This document shows, one piece after another, positions 1 through 11,618 of a DNA stretch of 64,000 bases. Under the pieces are notes generated by a model. It did not search any database. It was given only the letters and a program-made list of their open reading frames with translations, and was not told the DNA's origin. Source of the stretch: Chloroflexota bacterium (GTDB taxonomy: Bacteria > Chloroflexota > UBA11872 > VXOZ01); contig OZ219802.1 in assembly GCA_964291655.2 (NCBI GenBank), positions 576,001 to 640,000 on the forward strand, in the 5' to 3' direction. Position 1 is the stretch's first letter. Every line of letters starts with the position of its first letter. The translations under genes were made by a program, and so were the position numbers.

Positions 1-95
1 GCTCCCAGGTCCCTGCCGATTCTCGGCAGTATACCGCCTAGATCCTGAGTCTCCCGCAACCAAAGTCTTGCCTGACATCCAATCTTTGCCGCCAT
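1..95 (-). CDS. 5' end of a gene running off the window, possibly a sugar phosphate isomerase/epimerase (TIM barrel)
   Basis: ATG at 95 with AGGAG upstream; open frame MAAKIGCQARLWLRETQDLGGILPRIGRDLG to the window edge; the family call is a weak resemblance only. Confidence 0.4.
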   Translation of the reverse strand, partial: MAAKIGCQARLWLRETQDLGGILPRIGRDLG

Positions 96-298
96 GATGT
101 CGTTGCTCCTAGACTCTGAATCCATTGCTCTCGAGGAAGAAACTGCCCAACGGACAAACCGCTGGCCGCGCCAAGGTGCAGGCGCATCAGCCCAAGTGGC
201 TAACGGAGTGAGGCGCCGGTGATGCACTCCACAGTCGATTGGTGTACCATAGGACTGCTTTCACTTTCGCCCGCTATGATCGAGACTATTGGAGGATC

Positions 299-457
299 GT
301 GCAGATGCTGGACTTCGTGCTGCGGCTGATCGGGTTTGTGGTTTGGGGATTCTTTTCAGGGCTACCCTTCGTGGTCGCCCCCATGATCGCCATATTGACC
401 TGTCTCGCCATCATGATGGCAGTCAAAGGGATTATGCGGGGAACCTCTAGCAAATAG
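299..457 (+). CDS. small hydrophobic membrane protein (~52 aa)
   Basis: GGAGG at 291-295 before in-frame GTG/ATG; two hydrophobic stretches. Confidence 0.55.
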   Translation: MQMLDFVLRLIGFVVWGFFSGLPFVVAPMIAILTCLAIMMAVKGIMRGTSSK

Positions 458-462
458 GGCCC

Positions 463-918
463 TTACTCTACCTCGATCGATACCTTGCGGCCAGCGTTTT
501 CGTTGGCCAGTCCGTGTGCGAGGGTGGCCCAAGGCAGCAAGGCGCACTTGACGCGCAGAGGGAAGTTGGCAACACCCTTTAGGGACTCCAGGTCTTCCAT
601 CTCTTCGGGCAGCGAAACGTCTTCGCCATGCATCAAGGCCGTGAAGAGATCACTAATGATGCCGGCCTCTTCCTTAGACTTTCCCTCCAGCACCTCGCTC
701 ATCATAGATGCCGCCGCTAGGCTGATGGCGCACCCGGCGCCGTCGAATCGCAACTCTTTCAAGCGATCGCCATCGAGCAAAACGTAGACCTCTATCTCGT
801 CTCCGCATAGCGGGTTGCTACCCTCGGCTTCAATGTGGGCATGCGGCGGCCTGCCCCGATTGTGCGGGCTCTGGTAGTGGTCGAGGATGATTTCTTTATA
901 AAGATCGTTCAACTGCAT
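463..918 (-). CDS. sufU: SufU/IscU-like Fe-S assembly sulfur-transfer protein
   Basis: LYKEIILDHY, NPLCGD, GCAIS and RVKCA motifs; last gene of the suf operon. Confidence 0.95.
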   Translation of the reverse strand: MQLNDLYKEIILDHYQSPHNRGRPPHAHIEAEGSNPLCGDEIEVYVLLDGDRLKELRFDGAGCAISLAAASMMSEVLEGKSKEEAGIISDLFTALMHGEDVSLPEEMEDLESLKGVANFPLRVKCALLPWATLAHGLANENAGRKVSIEVE

Positions 919-2149
919 GCCCAAATACCCTTTGCGATTTGTGTAAGCCCTCAATCAGCGCGTCGACCTCTTCCTCGGTGGTATATGCATAGAAGCTCGC
1001 CCGAGCCGTGGCCGGCACATTGAACCGTCGCATGAGCGGTTGACAGCAATGGTGTCCTGCGCGCACCGCCACCGCATCACTATCGAGAATTTGCGCAATG
1101 TCGTGCGGGTGCACGCCATCCAAGACAAACGACACAACACCGGCGCGAGTCTGCACTTCCCATGGCCCAAACAGCTTGATGCCGGAAACCTCACGCAATG
1201 CGTCTAGGGCATACTGGGTTATCTCTATTTCATGCTCGCGAACATTGTCCATGCCAAGATCATTCAGATAGTCAACTGCCGCACCTAGGGCAATCACATC
1301 CGCAATATTGGGGGTGCCCGCTTCAAATTTCTGCGGCACGTCAGCCCAGGTCGAATCCGTGAGCATGACCTTGCGTATCATGCTGCCGCCACCCATAAAG
1401 GGCCGCATTGCCTCGAGCAGATGGGGTTTGGCAAAGAGCACGCCTACGCCGGTCGGCCCCATCATCTTGTGACCGGAAAACGCCAGGAAGTCGCAATCCA
1501 ACTCTTGTACGTCCACCGGCATGTGGGGAACGCTCTGCGCGGCGTCAAGCAACACGAGCGCCCCATATTTGTGCGCTTTCTTGATGATTCCCTTTACCGG
1601 GTTGATGGTGCCCAGAACATTAGACACGTGCGTGACCGCAATCAGCCGCGTCTTTTCCGTAATCAAGACGTCGAGGCCGTCCAACATGAGCCGGCCTTCA
1701 TTATTGACCCGCAGAAAGCGCAGCTCCGCTCCCTTTTCCTGCGCCAGCAACTGCCATGGCACCAGATTAGAGTGATGCTCCATTTCCGAAATAAGTATCT
1801 CGTCATCTGCACGCACGTTGTCAGTGCCCCACGCATACCGCACCATATTAATGGCCTCAGTGGTATTGCGGGTGAAGATGATGCACTCCGGGGAAGGGGC
1901 GTTGATGAAGGCCGCGACCTTAGCCCGTGCATTCTCATACGCCGCGGTCGCTTGTTCACTTAACGTGTAAATGCCGCGGTGAACGTTGGCATTGTACCGC
2001 GAGTAGTATTGCACGAGGCTGTCAATGACCGCCTGCGGCTTTTGCGATGTTGCGGCATTGTCCAAGTACACTAACTGCTTGCCGTGTACCTGAGTCCCCA
2101 AGATTGGGAAGTCCTGCCTTACGGCGTGCACATCAAAGCCATTTTCCAT
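896..2149 (-). CDS. sufS: cysteine desulfurase SufS
   Basis: YLDNAATSQKP, SGHKM (PLP lysine), RAGHHC catalytic motif. Confidence 0.97.
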   Translation of the reverse strand: MENGFDVHAVRQDFPILGTQVHGKQLVYLDNAATSQKPQAVIDSLVQYYSRYNANVHRGIYTLSEQATAAYENARAKVAAFINAPSPECIIFTRNTTEAINMVRYAWGTDNVRADDEILISEMEHHSNLVPWQLLAQEKGAELRFLRVNNEGRLMLDGLDVLITEKTRLIAVTHVSNVLGTINPVKGIIKKAHKYGALVLLDAAQSVPHMPVDVQELDCDFLAFSGHKMMGPTGVGVLFAKPHLLEAMRPFMGGGSMIRKVMLTDSTWADVPQKFEAGTPNIADVIALGAAVDYLNDLGMDNVREHEIEITQYALDALREVSGIKLFGPWEVQTRAGVVSFVLDGVHPHDIAQILDSDAVAVRAGHHCCQPLMRRFNVPATARASFYAYTTEEEVDALIEGLHKSQRVFGHAVERSL

Positions 2150-2196
2150 TGTGCACTGTCCTATCCAAGTTGTAGTGCGCCATTACGCAGGGCGGA

Positions 2197-2508
2197 CTAT
2201 CCCAAATCCACCAAGACGTCCTGGCCTTCAATTTTCACATCATACGCATTAACCGGCACAACCGCTGGAAAGCTCAGCGCGCGGCCAGTGCAGACGTCGA
2301 AGCGGGCCCCGTGTCGTGGGCACTCCAGCGCGGTACCGTCCAGCTCGCCCTCTCCCAGAGGGCCGCCGTCATGCGTACAGACGTTATCAATGCAATAGAC
2401 ATCGCCATCGACGCGGGCGAGCGCAAGGCTATCGCCCTCAATGTCAACGACGATTGCCCGTCCTTCCGGAATATCGTCAAGCGACGCCGCTCTGACAAAA
2501 TTCGCCAC
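2197..2508 (-). CDS. Rieske [2Fe-2S] ferredoxin
   Basis: CTH...CPRH Rieske ligands; lies within the suf operon. Confidence 0.93.
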   Translation of the reverse strand: MANFVRAASLDDIPEGRAIVVDIEGDSLALARVDGDVYCIDNVCTHDGGPLGEGELDGTALECPRHGARFDVCTGRALSFPAVVPVNAYDVKIEGQDVLVDLG

Positions 2509-2511
2509 GTA

Positions 2512-3885
2512 TCAATCCTCTACTTGCCATCCGGCCATCTTTTCGTGAATCTTGCTCGCGAGCTGGGTCTGCACGCCGTCGAGCGGCGTATGCTGAATCA
2601 CCTCGCTGAAAAATCCCTCTACCAACATTCGGGCCGCATCGTGCTTGTTCAGCCCATGTGCCATCACGTAGAAAAGCTCTTCCTGGTCAACCTGCCCGGT
2701 CGCCGACCCATGGGTGCACCGCACGTCATCGTTATCAATCTCCAGGATTGGAATTGAGTCTGACCGCGCGCGCTTGCTGAGGAGTAGATTGCGGTTCTCC
2801 TGGTACGCGTCGGTTCGCTTCGATCCCTTCCGGACATTGATCACCCCAGTGAAGACGGCGCGCGAGCGGTCGCGCAGGGCGCCCTTTATCAGCAGATCAC
2901 TGGTACTGAATGGGGCCAGGTGGTCCTGGATGGTCTTATAGTCCATGTGCTGCGTGCCGTCGGTGAAGAAAAAGCCCCGGTGAAAAGACTCTACGCCTGA
3001 TCCCGCGAAGCTGTTGTCAACGTAGTTCTTGACCAGTTTGCCTCCGGTGGCAGCCAGAATTGTATGCAGATGCCCGTCGTTATCAACGCGGAGCCGCTGG
3101 TAGCCTAACTCGATTACGTGTCGCCCCCAATCCTGAATGGTAACGTGGCGCACCTGCGCGCCGTCCATTGCGACTACCTCTGTCGCCGGGCACGAAAACG
3201 ACTGGGCCTCAAGAGTCGGGCTCGCGTAACGCTCCACGAACGTTACCTGGCTACCGCGATCGGCCACTAAGAGCACGTGGGGAAAGACGGCGATGTTCTC
3301 GGCATTCATCCAAAAAAGCGTTTGGATCGGTAGTTCTACCGTCACATCCGGTGGCACATAGCAGAAAACCCCTCCCGCGAAGAAGGCGCCGTGCAGCGCC
3401 GGGAACTTTCCAATGTCCGGAGTTACGATCTTGCCAAGGTGCGGCTGCACAAGCTCGGGATGTGTGCGCACTGCTTGACCCAGAGGCGCGAGAACTACGC
3501 CAAGATCCTCCAATGACTTGTCTAGCCTCGTAAGAGCTATTTCCGAATTGACCTGTACTGCCACGCCACCCCAGACATCACCGGAATCGATGTGCGGTTG
3601 GAGCAATTCCGGCAAGTCAGCTTCACATTCCGCTCTCATGCCTGATGGCATGTAGAGCAGTAAATTGTCCAATAGAAGCTCGCGATAGTCCGTGCGCCGC
3701 CAATCTTCATCTCTCAGCGTGGGCATGGGCGTATCCGCATACGCCTCCCACGACTCCTGGCGCAGGTCGCGCACCCAGTCCGGGTCTTCGCACGCACGGG
3801 AAATCTCCTGCCATGCCTCCGCCGTAATTCCTTGCAAGGCAGTTAACGGTGCTTGTTCAACTGACGATTGACTCACGCTTCCCAT
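2512..3885 (-). CDS. sufD: Fe-S cluster assembly protein SufD
   Basis: EDWRRTD, DAYQENRNLLLS, IPILEIDNDDVRCTHG motifs; start codon uncertain (3885 or 3900). Confidence 0.93.
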   Translation of the reverse strand: MGSVSQSSVEQAPLTALQGITAEAWQEISRACEDPDWVRDLRQESWEAYADTPMPTLRDEDWRRTDYRELLLDNLLLYMPSGMRAECEADLPELLQPHIDSGDVWGGVAVQVNSEIALTRLDKSLEDLGVVLAPLGQAVRTHPELVQPHLGKIVTPDIGKFPALHGAFFAGGVFCYVPPDVTVELPIQTLFWMNAENIAVFPHVLLVADRGSQVTFVERYASPTLEAQSFSCPATEVVAMDGAQVRHVTIQDWGRHVIELGYQRLRVDNDGHLHTILAATGGKLVKNYVDNSFAGSGVESFHRGFFFTDGTQHMDYKTIQDHLAPFSTSDLLIKGALRDRSRAVFTGVINVRKGSKRTDAYQENRNLLLSKRARSDSIPILEIDNDDVRCTHGSATGQVDQEELFYVMAHGLNKHDAARMLVEGFFSEVIQHTPLDGVQTQLASKIHEKMAGWQVED

Positions 3886-4049
3886 TCCTGACTTCTGCAA
3901 TGCTGGGCAGTTTGCCCATAAAACTCACATCCAAACACGAGGCGATGTACAGCAATCGCGCCAGACAGGAGGCACAGTTCGCCATGCATCCTTGTCTGGC
4001 GCTTTGCGCCGGGCTTCCTGCGATCTGGCTGGCTCGGCTTGCGTCTTAC

Positions 4050-5465
<1,416 letters not shown>

Positions 5466-5496
5466 CTCCGAACCTACCTTCCTAAGCTTCCTGCGT

Positions 5497-6264
5497 CTAT
5501 GACGAAGCTAGCATGACCTCTTTAAGCAGTACGTCGTATCCTTTGGCTTCAAGCTCCTCTGCCAACTCGAAGCCACCCGACTGCCGAATCTTTCCATCCA
5601 CCATAATGTGCACGTAGTCCGGCTTTACAAAGTGGAGGATGCGCGGGTAGTGGGTAATTATCACAATAGACATCTCCGGGTGCATGATTGAAGAGATGCC
5701 TTCGCCCACTGCGCGAATGGCGTCAATATCGAGGCCGGAGTCGATCTCGTCCAAAACTGCGAGTTGCGGTTCGAGAACCGCCATCTGCAGGATCTCCATC
5801 CGCTTCTTCTCGCCGCCCGAAAAGCCGTCGTTCAAGTAGCGCCCCGCGAATTCGCGGCTGATCTTGAGCATGTCCATCTTCTCAAGCAAGTGTTTGCGAA
5901 ACTCTCGCGCGCTGATTTCCGCCTGTTTCACTGCCTTCAGGGACGTACGCAGGAAATTCAAGGTGCTCACACCGGGGATCGCCAGCGGATACTGGAACGC
6001 GAGGAATATGCCGAGTTTGGCACGATCATTTGGGTCCTTCTCCAAGATATCCTCGCCGTTGTAAAGCACCTGCCCCGCAGTTGCCTCGTAGCTTGGATGC
6101 CCCATAAGCGTGTGGGCGAGGGTGCTCTTGCCGGACCCATTCGGTCCCATGATTGCATGTATTTCACCGCGCTTGACTGATAGGTCCACTCCGCGCAGGA
6201 TTTCGTTCCCTTCAATCTCGACATGGAGATCATCGATAAGGAAAAACGATTGCTCAGTAGCCAT
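5497..6264 (-). CDS. sufC: Fe-S assembly ATPase SufC
   Basis: GPNGSGKST Walker [21 protein letters not shown]. Confidence 0.97.
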   Translation of the reverse strand: MATEQSFFLIDDLHVEIEGNEILRGVDLSVKRGEIHAIMGPNGSGKSTLAHTLMGHPSYEATAGQVLYNGEDILEKDPNDRAKLGIFLAFQYPLAIPGVSTLNFLRTSLKAVKQAEISAREFRKHLLEKMDMLKISREFAGRYLNDGFSGGEKKRMEILQMAVLEPQLAVLDEIDSGLDIDAIRAVGEGISSIMHPEMSIVIITHYPRILHFVKPDYVHIMVDGKIRQSGGFELAEELEAKGYDVLLKEVMLASS

Positions 6265-6397
6265 CTTGCTCAGTTCTCTACCCTTCTCTCTTCGTAAACC
6301 GGTTGTGCAACATCACTCTAACTTTGCCTCACGTACTTTGGGCAGCTTCATCCCCAAGTATCTCACTTCGCATTCCCGGAGCCGGCCCGGATTGCCC

Positions 6398-6883
6398 TTA
6401 CCTCAGCGCCCCAGCACGTAGCTGTGCTACCACAGACGACTGGCTGTTCGTGCCACGCTTGTTTTTCACGCTATGGCGCGCCAGATCCTCAAGTGTCGTG
6501 TCCCCTAGCGCCAGGCTGAGCTGCTGTTCCAATCGTCCCCAGAGAAAGACCGTCGGGCAGTAGTTCACCCGGTGACAGCAAACGCCTTCATCAGGCTGCA
6601 GCGAGCACGAAATCGGTGCAATCTCACGCTCGGTTGCCAAGATAATCTGGTGCGCCGTAATCTCGGACGGCTCTCTGCCCAACACATACCCGCCCTTGGC
6701 ACCGCGAACACTTTCAACCAGTCCGTTTTCCTTGAGTGTGGCCACGATTTGCTCTAGGTAGCCGAGAGAAATGCCGGTTTCCTCCGCAATTCGCGCCAAG
6801 GAAAGGGGCGTCCCTTCAGCCACCAGCGCCAAGGCAGTCATGATCACGAGACCATAGTGCCCTTTTGTCGAGATCCCTAGCAT
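6398..6883 (-). CDS. Rrf2-family (IscR-like) transcriptional regulator heading the suf operon
   Basis: ISTKGHYG, YLEQI, SVRGAKGGY motifs; C-terminal Cys cluster (C..CC..C). Confidence 0.92.
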   Translation of the reverse strand: MLGISTKGHYGLVIMTALALVAEGTPLSLARIAEETGISLGYLEQIVATLKENGLVESVRGAKGGYVLGREPSEITAHQIILATEREIAPISCSLQPDEGVCCHRVNYCPTVFLWGRLEQQLSLALGDTTLEDLARHSVKNKRGTNSQSSVVAQLRAGALR

Positions 6884-6911
6884 CCTACATCCCACGTTGG
6901 GTTTCAAGCCC

Positions 6912-6967
6912 AATACCCTAGCCGCTTTCTAGGAATTAGCGTAGCACGCCCTTCTCAATAGCGTCAA
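6912..6967 (-). promoter_or_regulatory. sigma70-like promoter of the suf operon with a downstream palindromic operator candidate
   Basis: minus strand TTGACG-N18-TACGCT (preceded by TG), then AATTCCTAG-N7-CTAGGGTATT at 6912-6937. Confidence 0.6.
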
Positions 6968-7255
6968 GGCGAGGGACAAGCCCTCTCGCGGGCACGTCTC
7001 GGCGTCTGCCGTCTCACCATTTCTACGTGAGACCCCGGCGCATGTAGACTCTCGCTGCACTACGCACCGATGTGCTTCGGCATACGCGTTGGCCAACTCA
7101 CGTGTCCTGAACCGATCAGAGACAAGGGCCTGCAAGAAATCGTTCGCAAGCAGCTCTAAGTTGGCAATCGTGACCGTGGAGCGAAACCTCTCCTCTTGCT
7201 GCCTTCTTGCCTCCCAGAGTCTTTCGTAAGTTAAGATCCGAAAGTCCTCATGTTG

Positions 7256-8284
7256 CTAGGCGACGCTGGCTAAGACTTGCGGGAGCAATGTCTCGAGTGT
7301 TACTTGGGACCAGTCGGATTCAAACGTGCGCTGGAGACGCAGGAGCACCTCAGGATCCGCGATGAGTATGCCCACCTCTCGATTCTGATCCAGGGAAGTT
7401 GCGGTAAAGTTTTGGCTGCCCACGAAGGCACGGGCGCCGTCGACGATCACTACCTTTGCGTGAATGTTTGGGTACTCTAAGAATCCAATAAATCCACCGT
7501 GTGCGCGCACCAAAGCCCGTTCATCGGCATAGCCATCGCTACCCATAGGTGGATTCGTAATGATGCGGACGCGCACACCACGATCAGCCGCTGCCGCCAG
7601 CGCGGCTGCAATTGAGTCATCCTCTAATGAAAGGACATATATCTCCAAGCTCTGCCGCGCGGAGACAATCAATCCATGCAGTTCACGACGAGCATTCCCC
7701 GGGCTTACCACGAGAGGGAGATCGAGGGCCGGAGGCGGCATGCGCTCCCAATCGCTCTCAAAGAGCTCGATGAGAGCGTGCACTAGCGAGGGATCTTCTA
7801 CGATTGCGGCAAACTCGCGATTCGATTGAAATGAACTCGCCGTTAGGTTTAGGGTCATTATGGCCGCCCGCATGCCGTCGACGAGAATGACCTTGGCGTG
7901 CGTGAAACGAAAGGCCGGATCTGCCCAACGCACTGTCACTCCGGCTGCGGTGAGCCATTGTGCTGCCTCGCGATTGCTCTCTCCGCCGCCAACCGGCTCT
8001 TGCTCCAGCAACACCCGCACCCGGACTCCACGGCCTTGCGCCGCTGCCAATTCCTCCAACACTTCCTGGCTGGAGAGAAGGTACGCCACAACGTCTATTG
8101 AGTATTCAGCGCGACGCAACAGTGCGAAAAGCGGGAGTGAGCCGTCATCCGGGGTAACGATGAGGCGAGTAGGGCCCTGAATTGCGGTCTGTTGTACGGG
8201 GCTACAGGCCAGCAGAAAAGCTAGCAGCGCAAATGCTCGACCGACAGCCATCGCCAAGCGGGCCGACTTTGAATGGGCCGTCAA
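7256..8284 (-). CDS. phospholipase D-family lipoprotein with two HKD motifs
   Basis: HAKVILVD and HAKVVIVD motifs, GSQN, NRE; N-terminal lipobox LLAC. Confidence 0.9.
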   Translation of the reverse strand: MTAHSKSARLAMAVGRAFALLAFLLACSPVQQTAIQGPTRLIVTPDDGSLPLFALLRRAEYSIDVVAYLLSSQEVLEELAAAQGRGVRVRVLLEQEPVGGGESNREAAQWLTAAGVTVRWADPAFRFTHAKVILVDGMRAAIMTLNLTASSFQSNREFAAIVEDPSLVHALIELFESDWERMPPPALDLPLVVSPGNARRELHGLIVSARQSLEIYVLSLEDDSIAAALAAAADRGVRVRIITNPPMGSDGYADERALVRAHGGFIGFLEYPNIHAKVVIVDGARAFVGSQNFTATSLDQNREVGILIADPEVLLRLQRTFESDWSQVTLETLLPQVLASVA

Positions 8285-8301
8285 ATGTGAGGAGTGGTCC
8301 T

Positions 8302-8577
8302 CTAAACGTCTACAGACTTGCGGAGTGCCGTGCCCGCAGAGAAGACAGGCGCTTTACGAGCAGCAACCTCAAGGGGTTCGCCAGTCCTTGGATTACGCCC
8401 GGACCGGGCCGCACGCTGCGCGACGCGGAAGGTTCCAAATCCCGGAATCGCGACACTTTCACCACGCTTGAGCGAGTCTTGCACCGACTCTACAAAGGCG
8501 TCCAAGAATTCCTTTGCCGCCTTTTGCGTTGTTCCTGTCCGTGACGCAACTTCCTTTATCAGGTCGCTCTGTGTCAT
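8302..8577 (-). CDS. hup: HU DNA-binding protein
   Basis: GFGTF and ARSGRNPRTGE signature; start MTQSDLI. Confidence 0.95.
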   Translation of the reverse strand: MTQSDLIKEVASRTGTTQKAAKEFLDAFVESVQDSLKRGESVAIPGFGTFRVAQRAARSGRNPRTGEPLEVAARKAPVFSAGTALRKSVDV

Positions 8578-9030
8578 CTCCAGTTCCTCCAGCTGTAGAG
8601 TAAGCACCTGTATTGGCCTAATCATAGTGCTTCACTAAGAGACTATACAACCATGTCCACTAAGTGTCCTGGGACACTCGATAGAGAATATCACCATTGT
8701 TTGTGGGGGAGCAAGTTCCCAACTGCTCCCGCTGGCGCAACTCCTCGTCGACGCTAAGAGTTGTAAGCGGACACGTCAATGGGCTGACCTATGCTTTCCG
8801 ATGGCATACGAACCGACTCTCAGTTGCTACACATGGGATTTTCAAGCCCCTCCCACATGTCTAAGAATCCTATAAGATTTCTCTAGACAGCTAATGCAGC
8901 GATGGACAAGGGTTGCACGTTGTGAGTAGACTGCTATTATGTAACTTCCTGCTGCAATTGGCTGCGTGAAGTATCGCAGGGCATAGCGGCTTTTCTTAAT
9001 TCGCCAGCTATGTAGCAATCAACATGAGGA

Positions 9031-11454
9031 ATGAGCCGCGTGAAAATCAGATCTACATTAGCAGTGTTGTTGAGCAGCATGTTGTTGTTCACGGCGTGCG
9101 TTCCTTCGCTGCCGTTCATTTCGGGTGATGGCGAGGAAGAGGTAGTTGTCGCGCGACCGGTCACAAGCCTGGAACGACCCACGGTCACGGTAGAGCGCGG
9201 CTCGATCATCGATGCGGTTCGCGTGCTCGGACGTGTGGTGGCCGAGAGTGAAGAGAGCCTCTTCTTTAAACAGAACGGTCGCCTGAAGGGCATTTATGTC
9301 CAATACAATCAGGAGGTCGTACAAGGCACGTTACTTGCGGACTTGGAAACCGGCGACCTGGAGACTCAGATTCAGAATTCAGAACTCTCCTTGCAGGACA
9401 CGGAACGCAACCTCATCACGGCGCGCACGCAAGCCGCAACGGGCCAAGCGGACGTTACGCTCGCGAAAATTGCCGTAGATCAGGCAGAGCGTGACCTCGA
9501 AGATGCTCGCGAAGCTCTCGTCGAGGCCCAGGGAGGTCCCACCGCCCTGGAGTTCGCCCAGGCACAGACCACCTACACCAAGGCGGCCGCCGACGTTGCC
9601 GCCCTGGAGAACGCCCTTAAAATCGCCCAAGCCGAATTAGAGCGAGCGGAGCAGGATCTCCTAGATTACTTTGGCGGCGCTCCGGTAGACCTCAAAGTGC
9701 AGCGGGAACTGGCGCTGAGCAATGCAGAAGAAGCTGTTCGCGCCGCACAGACGCGCCTTGAACAGCTTCAGTCCGGCAATCCCGATACCCAAGTCTTGTC
9801 CCAAACGGCAAGTCTTAGGGCGAGAGAGCAGGCGTTGGAGACAGCCAACCAAGCTGTAGAAAGAGAACGGAAGAGACTGAAGGATGAAATAGATGCTGAG
9901 CTAAAATCATATCGAAACGATCTCATCGAGACATCAAATGACATCGAAGATGAGCTTGACGAATTGTTCGACGCCATTAAACATTTGGGAAGACGGGCCC
10001 CAGGCGCCCGGGATGCGTTTGATGCCTTGCTGGACGAGCTTGATCAGGTGCAAAGTGACCTCCGCGACGCGATGGTTGAGGATATAGACGAGGCGCAACA
10101 CCAGCAGGAGCTGGAGGCTTTCCTCGATCAGCTTGATCTCATGGCTATCGTAGATGCGCTTGAATCTGATACCGCGCCGGATGAGGCCGGCGAGGAAGCG
10201 CCGATCTTGGAAGAAGGACTCTTAGGCGCGGAACTCGCCCGTCAGGCTTTTGAGATAGTGCGGATGGGCCTTCTGCAAGCAAAGGCAGCTGGCAGCAGTC
10301 TGTCAACCACCAAATCCAGGCTCAATGCGGCGCAGGAAGAACTAGATGTATATGGGGAGCTAAGAGCGGAAGTAGAAGAGGAAGTCGACACACTCACTCT
10401 GCAACTCTTCTCCCCGCCGCCGCAAGGCACAGAAATGGCGATCCTGTGGACAAGTCGCGAAAAAGCCAAGCTGGATCTACAGTCTGCGCAACTTGCTTTG
10501 GACCAAGAGAAATCGCAGGCGAGCGAGTCTGTGCCTGTCGCGCAGTCCGGGCTGGACAGGGCCCGCTTCGAGTTGGAGCAAGCGCGGGAGGCGCTTGAAA
10601 ACATTGAGCAAGATCTGGCAAGCATATACCACTCTGCGGAATTGAATTTCAATGCTTCCCAGGCTGCGGTGAATAAGGCCAAGGCTGACTTGGATATCGC
10701 CCAGGAAGCGTGGGATATTGTGCAATCAGGTCTCGATCCTGAAAAAGTGCGAAACGCCGAAATCAGCGTTGCCAGCAAGGAAGCGGCCCTCATAAAGGCC
10801 CAGGCGGCCCATGAGCAAGCCTTGATCAATGCCTCAGACGCCGGCAACGTTACGAAGCTGGAGAATGACCTCAAGCGTGCCCGGGCAAATCACGAGTTAC
10901 TGCTCGAACGGCTCGAGGATGCGCGGCTCGTGGCGCCGTTTGATGGTGTTATCCAATTCATCTCAGGGAAGGCGGGCGAGCCGGTCAGCGCCTACGGTCC
11001 CATCATCGGGCTTGCAGACCCCACCATACTCATCGTCACTGCAGACCTTTCGGAAGATGACACGCCGAAAGTTGCCTTGGACCAAGTGGCAGACCTCACC
11101 CTGGATGCATTCCCGTCCGTGGTGCTGAAAGGCATTATTACCAAGCTCCCCACGTCCCTCGTTACCACACAGGGCGTAATTCAGGACCGCTCGATTCGCA
11201 TGGATGTGAATTGGCCGCAAGCAGGCGCGGAAATTGGCATGCTCGCGCGCGTTACAATCACCGTGCAGCATAAGGACGACGTGCTCAAGGTGCCAATTGA
11301 GTCAGTAAAGCGCTCCGGCAGACGTACGTTCGTCGAATTCATGGATGGCGACATCAAACGCGCCAAGAACGTCGAGATTGGGATCCAGACCGAGACAGAG
11401 GTGGAAATACTTAGCGGTCTCGAAGAAGGCTTCGTAATCCTGCAAGGCCAGTAG
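9031..11454 (+). CDS. very long efflux adaptor (HlyD/MacA-type membrane fusion) lipoprotein
   Basis: lipobox FTAC; lipoyl halves (LFFKQNGRL..V..G..LA and LVAPFDGV); ~520-aa helical insert; C-terminal VEIGIQTETEVEILSGLEEG. Confidence 0.88.
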   Translation: MSRVKIRSTLAVLLSSMLLFTACVPSLPFISGDGEEEVVVARPVTSLERPTVTVERGSIIDAVRVLGRVVAESEESLFFKQNGRLKGIYVQYNQEVVQGTLLADLETGDLETQIQNSELSLQDTERNLITARTQAATGQADVTLAKIAVDQAERDLEDAREALVEAQGGPTALEFAQAQTTYTKAAADVAALENALKIAQAELERAEQDLLDYFGGAPVDLKVQRELALSNAEEAVRAAQTRLEQLQSGNPDTQVLSQTASLRAREQALETANQAVERERKRLKDEIDAELKSYRNDLIETSNDIEDELDELFDAIKHLGRRAPGARDAFDALLDELDQVQSDLRDAMVEDIDEAQHQQELEAFLDQLDLMAIVDALESDTAPDEAGEEAPILEEGLLGAELARQAFEIVRMGLLQAKAAGSSLSTTKSRLNAAQEELDVYGELRAEVEEEVDTLTLQLFSPPPQGTEMAILWTSREKAKLDLQSAQLALDQEKSQASESVPVAQSGLDRARFELEQAREALENIEQDLASIYHSAELNFNASQAAVNKAKADLDIAQEAWDIVQSGLDPEKVRNAEISVASKEAALIKAQAAHEQALINASDAGNVTKLENDLKRARANHELLLERLEDARLVAPFDGVIQFISGKAGEPVSAYGPIIGLADPTILIVTADLSEDDTPKVALDQVADLTLDAFPSVVLKGIITKLPTSLVTTQGVIQDRSIRMDVNWPQAGAEIGMLARVTITVQHKDDVLKVPIESVKRSGRRTFVEFMDGDIKRAKNVEIGIQTETEVEILSGLEEGFVILQGQ

Positions 11455-11618
11455 ATTTCGAGAGTTGCAAGGAGCTCAGACCACCATTCTCTGGCCTCAG
11501 GCTCCAGGGTATCTGCTTGAGAGTTTCGGATGCAATTTGAGACGCGCGCAAGAGATCGAACCATGATTCCTATGAATGCCTCAGTGACGAGAATTTCTCC
11601 AATTCCAGGGGGAACCAG

